Below are positions 26,250 to 32,000 of a stretch of 32,000 nucleotides of DNA, one piece after another (position 1 is the stretch's first letter; every line of letters starts with the position of its first letter). The position numbers and the translations under genes were made by a program. The notes below the pieces were generated by a model. That model was given only the letters and a program-made list of their open reading frames with translations, was not told where the DNA came from and did no database searches. The stretch covers positions 1 to 32,000 of the forward strand of contig CANIEC010000036.1 in NCBI GenBank assembly GCA_947466085.1. The letters are read 5' to 3'. The stretch comes from Rhodospirillales bacterium. GTDB lineage: Bacteria > Pseudomonadota > Alphaproteobacteria > Reyranellales > Reyranellaceae.

Positions 26250-27218
26250 GTGACCTCGATCTGCGTTTTCGGCGCCGGTGCGATCGGCGGCCTGATGGCG
26301 GCCAAGCTCGAAATGGCCGGCACGCACGTGACCGTGGTGGCGCGCGGCCCCCATGGCGAGGCGCTGCGCACCAGGGGCCTCGTGCTGCTGAGCGAGGGCA
26401 AGGAGACGGTGACGGAACCCCGGGTCGCCTCCGATCCGAAGGAGATCGGCCCGCAGGACTATCTCGTCCTGACCCTGAAGGCGCATTCGCTGCTGCCGGC
26501 GATGGAGCAGCTCAAGCCGCTGATCGGGCCGCACACCACGATCGTCGCGGCGATCAACGGCGTGCCCTGGTGGTACACCTACAAGCTCGGCGGCGCGTTC
26601 GAAGGCAAGCGCATCGAATCGGTCGATCCAGGTGGCGAGCTCACGGCCGCGCTGCCGCCCTCGCAGGTGCTGGGCAGCATCGTCTATCCGGCCGCCGATG
26701 TGGTCGAGCCGGGCGTGATCCACCACACCTACGGCGACCGCTTCACTCTGGGCGAGCCGGACGGCAGCCGCAGCGAACGTGCGGCCAGACTGTCGGAACT
26801 GCTGATCAAGGCCGGTCTCAAGGCGCCGGTGCGCCCGCGCATCCGCGACGAGCTGTGGGTCAAGCTCTGGGGCAACATGGCCTTCAACCCGATCAGCGCG
26901 CTGACCGGTGCGACGCTCGACAAGGTGATCGGCGATCCGGGGACGCACGCGGTCTGCCGCGCGCTCATGGTCGAGGGGCAGGCCGTCGCCGAGAAGCTCG
27001 GCGTGAAGTTCGCCATCAACGTCGACAAGCGCATCGCCGGCGGCGCCGAAGTCGGCGCCCACAAGACGTCGATGCTGCAGGACCTCGAACGCGGCCGGCC
27101 GCTGGAGATCGAGGCGCTGCTGGGCGCGGTCGTCGAAATGTCGGAATGGGTCGGCGTCGACATGCCGATCGGCCGCAGCGTGCTCGCGCTGGTCCGTCAG
27201 CGCGCCGCGATGCGCTGA
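26250..27218 (+). CDS. 2-dehydropantoate 2-reductase (PanE/ApbA) family oxidoreductase
   Basis: GTG at 26250 after GAGGA (7 nt). Rossmann motif ICVFGAGAIGG. Later KLWGNMAFNP and TSMLQDLERGRPLEIEAL. Confidence 0.8.
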   Translation: MTSICVFGAGAIGGLMAAKLEMAGTHVTVVARGPHGEALRTRGLVLLSEGKETVTEPRVASDPKEIGPQDYLVLTLKAHSLLPAMEQLKPLIGPHTTIVAAINGVPWWYTYKLGGAFEGKRIESVDPGGELTAALPPSQVLGSIVYPAADVVEPGVIHHTYGDRFTLGEPDGSRSERAARLSELLIKAGLKAPVRPRIRDELWVKLWGNMAFNPISALTGATLDKVIGDPGTHAVCRALMVEGQAVAEKLGVKFAINVDKRIAGGAEVGAHKTSMLQDLERGRPLEIEALLGAVVEMSEWVGVDMPIGRSVLALVRQRAAMR

Positions 27219-27233
27219 GGCGGTGGGGCGCTG

Positions 27234-27653
27234 ATGGAAAAGGTCGAACTCCTTTTCGATCCCGACAATACGCTCGCCGCAGGCTATGTGGGCGACCGTC
27301 TGTCGATGTTCAATTCGAGCCGCACCGGCAAGTCCGACTACTATCCCTGCAAGATTTTCCTGAAGGGCGAGAAGGGCGAGACCCTGGGCGGCCTGCTCGG
27401 CTACCTCTGGTCGGACTGGCTGTTCGTGTCGACCCTGTGGGTCGACGAGGCGTTGCGGGGGCAGGGCCACGCCACGCGCCTGATGGACGCCGCCGAGGAC
27501 TATGCCCGCACGCGCGGCTGCCACTCGGCGCATCTCGACACCCACACCTGGCAGGCCCGCCCGTTCTACGAGAAGCGCGGCTACGAGGTCTTCGCCACCC
27601 TCGACGACTACCCGCCGGGCCACAAGAAGTTCTTCCTGAGGAAGAGCCTCTAG
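27234..27653 (+). CDS. GNAT family N-acetyltransferase
   Basis: 139 aa. Acetyl-CoA site LWVDEALRGQGHATRLMDAAEDYARTRG and C-terminal FYEKRGYEVF. Confidence 0.8.
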   Translation: MEKVELLFDPDNTLAAGYVGDRLSMFNSSRTGKSDYYPCKIFLKGEKGETLGGLLGYLWSDWLFVSTLWVDEALRGQGHATRLMDAAEDYARTRGCHSAHLDTHTWQARPFYEKRGYEVFATLDDYPPGHKKFFLRKSL

Positions 27654-27683
27654 CAGGCGGTTGGGACGTCGAAATCCCGACGG

Positions 27684-27719
27684 ATAAACGAAACAAACGA
27701 AATAAACGAAACAAATGAA
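27684..27719. repeat. AT-rich tandem repeat, 4 x 9 bp (ATAAACGAA ACAAACGAA ATAAACGAA ACAAATGAA), or 2 x 18 bp
   Basis: Read directly. Lies in a 215-bp lower-GC spacer between the convergent GNAT and UDG genes. Confidence 0.85.
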
Positions 27720-27868
27720 GCGGATGTCGCAGGTCCCGAATCCTGTGTCGTGGTGACCATCAATGGATCGGTATGGCTCGCCGATTTTCTCAAAAAGCCT
27801 ATTGAAAACAGCGTGTTAGAAAGACCTGCTTATCCCGGGGGGCTCGGCTTCGGCCGAGATGACGGGCT

Positions 27869-28717
27869 TCAGCGAACGCCCAGATCCTTCAGCCGCTTGT
27901 CGAGCGACAGCAGGTCGGCCCAGCTCTGGCGCTTGCTGGCGGGGGTGCGCAGCAGATAGGCGGGATGGAAGGTCGGGAGCACCGGGACCTCGCTGCCGTC
28001 GTCGAGAGTCAGGGTCGTCCATTTGCCGCGCAGGCGGGTGATGCCCTCGGTCGTGTTCAGCACCGCCTTCACCGCCGTGCCGCCGGCCAGCACCACGACC
28101 TTCGGCCGGGCGAGCTCGATGTGGCGGCGGGTGAAGGCCAGGCAGATCGCCTGTTCCGACAGGGTCGGCGTACGGTTGCCCGGCGGCCGCCAGAAGAGAA
28201 TGTTGGTGATGTAGAGGTCGCGCTCGCGGCTCATGCCGATGGCCGAGAACATGCGGTCCATGAGCTGGCCGCTCACGCCGACGAACGGTTTGCCGAGCCG
28301 GTCCTCGTCGGCGCCCGGCGCCTCGCCCACGATCATCACCGGCGCGCCGGCGACGCCATCGGCGAACACCGTGTTCTTGGCCGTGCGCTTCAGCGCGCAG
28401 CCCTCGAAGGCGCGGACCGCCTCCTCGAGCTCGGCGATGGTGGTCGCCCGGCGCGAGACTTCGCGCGCATCCTCGGCGAGCTGCGGTGATTCCAGCGGCA
28501 CCGGCGCGCGTGCCACCGGCGGGGCAATGGGGGCGCGGATCGGCGTCGGTGCAGCAGGCGTCGACGGGGCGGCGACAGGAGTGGCGACAACGGCGGTCGG
28601 CGGCGGAAGCGCGAAGCGGTCGATCGCTTCCTCGCCGATCGTCTCGTCGAGCCCGTGATCGACGTACCAGCGCAGCAGCGCGGCGGCGTCCTGCGGAGCG
28701 AACGCCGTCTCGATCAT
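27869..28717 (-). CDS. Uracil-DNA glycosylase, family 4, with Pro/Ala-rich N-terminal extension
   Basis: ATG at 28717 overlaps the upstream stop (ATGA). Motif A is VGEAPGADED and motif B is FHPAYLLR. The listed 459-aa ORF was trimmed. Confidence 0.9.
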   Translation of the reverse strand: MIETAFAPQDAAALLRWYVDHGLDETIGEEAIDRFALPPPTAVVATPVAAPSTPAAPTPIRAPIAPPVARAPVPLESPQLAEDAREVSRRATTIAELEEAVRAFEGCALKRTAKNTVFADGVAGAPVMIVGEAPGADEDRLGKPFVGVSGQLMDRMFSAIGMSRERDLYITNILFWRPPGNRTPTLSEQAICLAFTRRHIELARPKVVVLAGGTAVKAVLNTTEGITRLRGKWTTLTLDDGSEVPVLPTFHPAYLLRTPASKRQSWADLLSLDKRLKDLGVR

Positions 28718-29742
28718 GCCAGGCTCTTGATGAAGGCACCCAGGATCGGCGCCCACATTGCGGCGTCGGCATGGCTCGCCATGTGGCCCTTGTCCGACGG
28801 CATCTCGACATAGGTGAGGTCGACGCCGGCCTTGCGCATGTCGAGCGCATGGGCGGCACAGTCGGTGAGGTCGAACAGCTTGTCGGTCTTGGAGATGACG
28901 TAGAGGACCTTGGTCTTCTTCAGCTGGTCGTACTGCCGGGTGATGTCGAACCCGTCGATCGCGCGCCGCAGGGTGACCAGCGAATGGCCGTCGTAGATCT
29001 TTGCCCAGCCCTTGGCGGCGACCTTGGCCTCGGCTTCGCCCTGGCCGTAGTTCAGCAGCGTCTCGTAGCGGATCTGCTCCAGCGTGCCGGCAATGCCGCC
29101 GTTCTCGTAGTACCAGCCGCCGTTCCAGTTCGGATCGCTGGCGAGCCGCTTCTGCAGCGCCTCGAGGCCGCCGAGCCGGCCGGGCGCGCGCGGCGCGGTC
29201 ACGGACGCGGCGATGCCCTTCATGAAGCCGGGGTAGGAGGCGGCCCACTGGAACGACTGGAAGCCGCCCATCGACGGACCAACCACGGCTACCAGGCTCT
29301 TCAGGCCGAGCGAATCGACCAGCAGCTTCTGGCTGGCCACCATGTCGCGCAGGGTGACCTCGGGAAATGTCGGCCCGTAGGGCTTGCCGGTGCCGGGATC
29401 GATGGAATTGGGGCCGGAACTGCCGTGCGCGGAGCCCAGCGCATTTACCGACACGACGAAATGCCGGTCAGTGTCGATGGCCTTGCCCGGCCCGATCAGC
29501 CCCTCGAACCAGCCGGCCGCGCCCTCGGTGACGCCGCGGCCCTGCTTGCCGGGGGCATTCCTGCCTGCAGCGTGATGGGACGAGGTGTAGCCGTGCACGA
29601 CCAGGATCGCGTTGTCCCTGGCCGGCGAGAGGGTTCCGTAGGTTTCGTAGGCAAGTTCGAGGATGGGTAGCGTCTTGCCACTTTCCAGCCGGAAATCACG
29701 TGCAGAGAAGGTCTGGCTCTCGATATCGATCAACTCTGGCAC
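28714..29742 (-). CDS. MetX-like alpha/beta hydrolase (homoserine O-acetyltransferase family, divergent esterase-like branch)
   Basis: GTG start at 29742 after AGGGG. Motifs YETYGTLSPARDNAILVVHG, IGPGKAIDTD, nucleophile elbow GPSMGG. HGYTSSHH replaces the HALTGxxH of typical MetX. Confidence 0.8.
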   Translation of the reverse strand: MPELIDIESQTFSARDFRLESGKTLPILELAYETYGTLSPARDNAILVVHGYTSSHHAAGRNAPGKQGRGVTEGAAGWFEGLIGPGKAIDTDRHFVVSVNALGSAHGSSGPNSIDPGTGKPYGPTFPEVTLRDMVASQKLLVDSLGLKSLVAVVGPSMGGFQSFQWAASYPGFMKGIAASVTAPRAPGRLGGLEALQKRLASDPNWNGGWYYENGGIAGTLEQIRYETLLNYGQGEAEAKVAAKGWAKIYDGHSLVTLRRAIDGFDITRQYDQLKKTKVLYVISKTDKLFDLTDCAAHALDMRKAGVDLTYVEMPSDKGHMASHADAAMWAPILGAFIKSLA

Positions 29743-29836
29743 GGGAATTCCCCTTTTCAGCGGGTGGCGATCCTGCCCCCGACACGCTATCTAAATCAAA
29801 GGATTGCCGTCCGACAGGCGCGCGTCCATCGGGAAA

Positions 29837-31516
29837 ATGGAATTGCAGAGCGAGATGGGCATGACGCGCGAGGCAATGGAATACGACGTGGTGATCGTGG
29901 GTGGTGGTCCGGCCGGACTGTCGGCGGCGATCCGCCTGAAGCAGCTCGCCGCGGAGCGCAACCACGAAGTCTCCGTCTGCCTGATCGAGAAGGGCTCGGA
30001 ACTCGGCGCCCACATCCTGTCGGGCGCCGTCGTCGACCCGATCGGCCTCAACGAGCTCATTCCGGACTGGAAGGAAAAGGGCGCGCCGCTCGAGACCCAG
30101 GTCACCGACGACCAGTTCCTGTTCCTGACCAAGAGCGGCTCCTACCGGTTCCCCAATTTCCTGCTGCCGCGGCTGATGAACAACCACGGCAACTACATCG
30201 TGAGCCTGGGCGAGGTCTGCCGCTGGCTCGGCCAGCAGGCCGAGGCGCTGGGTGTCGAGATCTATCCGGGCTTTGCGGCGGCCGAGGTGCTCTACAACGA
30301 GGACGGCTCGGTGAAGGGCGTCGCGACCGGCGACATGGGCGTGGCCAAGGACGGCACGCACAAGGACAGCTACACGCCCGGCATGGAGTTGCATGCCAAG
30401 TACACCTTCATCGCCGAAGGTGTGCGCGGCTCACTTGCCAAGATGCTGATGGCAAAGTTCGACCTGCGCGCCGGCGTCGATCCGCAGAAGTTCGGCATCG
30501 GCATCAAGGAACTGTGGCAGGTCGAGCCGGCCAATTTCCGCAAGGGCCTGGTGGTCCACTCGCAGGGCTGGCCACTGTCGGAGACCGGCAGCTCGGGCGG
30601 TTCCTTCATGTACCATTTCGGCGACAACCTCGTCGCCATCGGCCTCGTGGTGCATCTCAGCTACGAGAACCCCTATCTCTCGCCGTTCGACGAATTCCAG
30701 CGCTTCAAGACGCATCCGGACGTCGCCAAGTATCTCAAGGGTGGCAAGCGCCTGGTCTACGGCTCGCGCGCCATCAACGAAGGCGGCATCCAGTCGGTGC
30801 CCAAGCTCACCTTCCCGGGCGGCGCGCTGATCGGCTGCTCGGCCGGTTTCGTGAACGTGCCGCGCATCAAGGGCAGCCACAACGCGGTGAAGAGCGGCAT
30901 GCTGGCCGCCGAAGCGGCGTTCGAGGCGCTGGCCGGCGGCAAGACGGGCGGCGACGAGCTGATCGCCTATCCGGTGAAGCTCAAGGCGTCGTGGATCTGG
31001 AAGGACCTCGACAAGGTGCGCAACGTGAAGCCGGCCCTGAAGTGGGGCACCACGCTCGGCACGCTCTACGGCGGCATGGACATGTGGCTGCACGATCTCG
31101 GGTTGCGCGTGCCGTGGACCCTGCACCATCACAAGGCCGACCACGAGACGCTGCGGCCGGCCAGCGAGTTCCAGCCCATCCAGTATCCCAAGCCGGACGG
31201 GGTGATCTCCTTCGACAAGCTGTCCTCGGTGTTCCTGTCGAACACCAACCACGAGGAGGACCAGCCGGTTCACCTGAAGCTGCGCGATCCGTCGATCCCG
31301 ATCGCCGTCAACCTGCCGCTCTATGCCGAGCCCGCGCAGCGCTACTGCCCGGCCGGCGTCTACGAAGTCGTGACGGCCGACAACGGCCAGCCGCGCTTCC
31401 AGATCAACGCGCAGAACTGCGTGCACTGCAAGACGTGCGACATCAAGGATCCCGCGCAGAACATCGATTGGAGCGTCCCCGAAGGCGGTGGCGGTCCCAA
31501 TTACCCCAACATGTGA
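29837..31516 (+). CDS. Electron-transfer flavoprotein:ubiquinone oxidoreductase (ETF-QO)
   Basis: FAD motif [20 protein letters not shown]-terminal 4Fe-4S motif CPAGVYE...[12 protein letters not shown]. The start is ambiguous among ATG 29837, 29855 and 29861. Confidence 0.9.
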   Translation: MELQSEMGMTREAMEYDVVIVGGGPAGLSAAIRLKQLAAERNHEVSVCLIEKGSELGAHILSGAVVDPIGLNELIPDWKEKGAPLETQVTDDQFLFLTKSGSYRFPNFLLPRLMNNHGNYIVSLGEVCRWLGQQAEALGVEIYPGFAAAEVLYNEDGSVKGVATGDMGVAKDGTHKDSYTPGMELHAKYTFIAEGVRGSLAKMLMAKFDLRAGVDPQKFGIGIKELWQVEPANFRKGLVVHSQGWPLSETGSSGGSFMYHFGDNLVAIGLVVHLSYENPYLSPFDEFQRFKTHPDVAKYLKGGKRLVYGSRAINEGGIQSVPKLTFPGGALIGCSAGFVNVPRIKGSHNAVKSGMLAAEAAFEALAGGKTGGDELIAYPVKLKASWIWKDLDKVRNVKPALKWGTTLGTLYGGMDMWLHDLGLRVPWTLHHHKADHETLRPASEFQPIQYPKPDGVISFDKLSSVFLSNTNHEEDQPVHLKLRDPSIPIAVNLPLYAEPAQRYCPAGVYEVVTADNGQPRFQINAQNCVHCKTCDIKDPAQNIDWSVPEGGGGPNYPNM

Positions 31517-31521
31517 GCCGC

Positions 31522-32000
31522 ATGAACCGCACCTCCTTCGCGCTGCTGTCCGCAGCGCTGCTGTTCGCTCTCCCTCTCCCTGGCCAGGCCCAGCAGGGCC
31601 AGGCCCCGCAAGGCGGCGCCCGCGCGCCGACGACGCGGCCGCCGGCCGTCCAGCCCGGCCAGCGCCTGGCGCCGATCTCGCTCCAGGGCCGTTACCTCGC
31701 CGCCCGCGTCGGCGAGCAGGATCACGATTACGACGCCGCTGCCGACCAGATGGATCAGGCGCTGGCGCTGACGCCGCTCGATCCCGAGCTGATCTATGCC
31801 GTCTTTCGTCTGCGCATGTATGCCGGCCGTATCGATTCGGCGGCCGAGCTCGCCCCGGCGGTGCTGGCCACACGGCCGGGCGATGGCTTCGCCAATCTCG
31901 TGATGGCGATCCAGGCCATCAAGAAAGGTGAATACAAGGCCGCCGAACAGCAGCTCAGCAAGATCGGCACCGAGAATCAGCTGGGCGCGCTGCGCGAATA
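31522..32000 (+). CDS. Exported protein, possibly TPR-like; 3' end lies outside the window
   Basis: Not in the ORF track because there is no stop in the window. My frame-1 translation from ATG 31522 is open to the end: MNRTSFALLSAALLFALPLPGQAQQ... then helical ...YDAAADQMDQALALTPLDPELIYAVFRL.... Strong GC3 bias. Confidence 0.65.
   Translation, partial: MNRTSFALLSAALLFALPLPGQAQQGQAPQGGARAPTTRPPAVQPGQRLAPISLQGRYLAARVGEQDHDYDAAADQMDQALALTPLDPELIYAVFRLRMYAGRIDSAAELAPAVLATRPGDGFANLVMAIQAIKKGEYKAAEQQLSKIGTENQLGALRE

Noticed and set aside
27684-27719. Tandem repeat considered as a CRISPR or minisatellite array
   Set aside because: The units are 9 bp and contiguous with no spacers, so it is not CRISPR. 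It is kept only as a simple tandem repeat.
27750-27959. 69-aa ORF in the AT-richer spacer
   Set aside because: Its codon usage is unlike the rest of the window, its last 90 nt overlap the UDG 3' end, and it has no SD. An sRNA or non-coding role is more likely than a protein.
28718-29248. Upstream extension of the UDG ORF to 459 aa
   Set aside because: It overlaps the MetX-like gene in another frame and is Arg-rich. ATG 28717 gives the standard ATGA coupling.
29743-29805. Possible SAM-II-type riboswitch in the leader of the MetX-like gene (GAUUU ... GAAAAGG, with a 5-bp CCUUU/AAAGG pairing that could mask the SD)
   Set aside because: There is only a 5-bp helix and loose resemblance. I cannot reproduce the pseudoknot consensus by eye, and the gene is a divergent MetX-like branch. 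A cmsearch with the SAM-II model would settle it.

Overview
GC-rich, densely coding chromosomal segment with strong GC3 bias. It is probably alphaproteobacterial, judged from the Bug-family binding protein, the PuuD-like gene and the REP-like palindromes; this is a low-confidence guess. I call about 37 CDS (two cut by the window edges), one tRNA-Arg(CCG), no rRNA, no CRISPR array, and no integrase or transposase gene. Most genes are CoA-thioester or lipid-type metabolism: two AMP-dependent ligases, a thiolase, two SDRs, a crotonase, a MaoC dehydratase, a PhyH dioxygenase and ETF-QO. Other units are a SRPBCC-UbiD-UbiX-Bug cluster, a divergent puuD-like/aceB pair whose aceB operon includes an oxalate-CoA-ligase-like gene, and a family-4 UDG. 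Items worth a second look: (1) a translationally coupled pair at 20955-21796, a membrane-anchored basic protein with a KHGxEFG...TFFKP domain plus an acidic cytoplasmic partner. It has the layout of an exported nuclease/toxin with its inhibitor, and it sits inside a very tightly packed six-gene operon. (2) A 46-nt direct repeat of the 3' part of tRNA-Arg lies 2.4 kb from the intact gene, an att-like scar with no integrase. (3) A 229-bp MITE-like element with 19-bp terminal inverted repeats and a 5-bp target duplication is inserted into one arm of a REP-like palindrome. (4) Two 36%-identical paralogs of an unknown small protein lie 17 kb apart. (5) Four consecutive small exported proteins have no recognisable family. 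All protein family calls rest on motifs read by eye. No database search was run. Many long antisense ORFs in the track are GC-driven shadows and were rejected.
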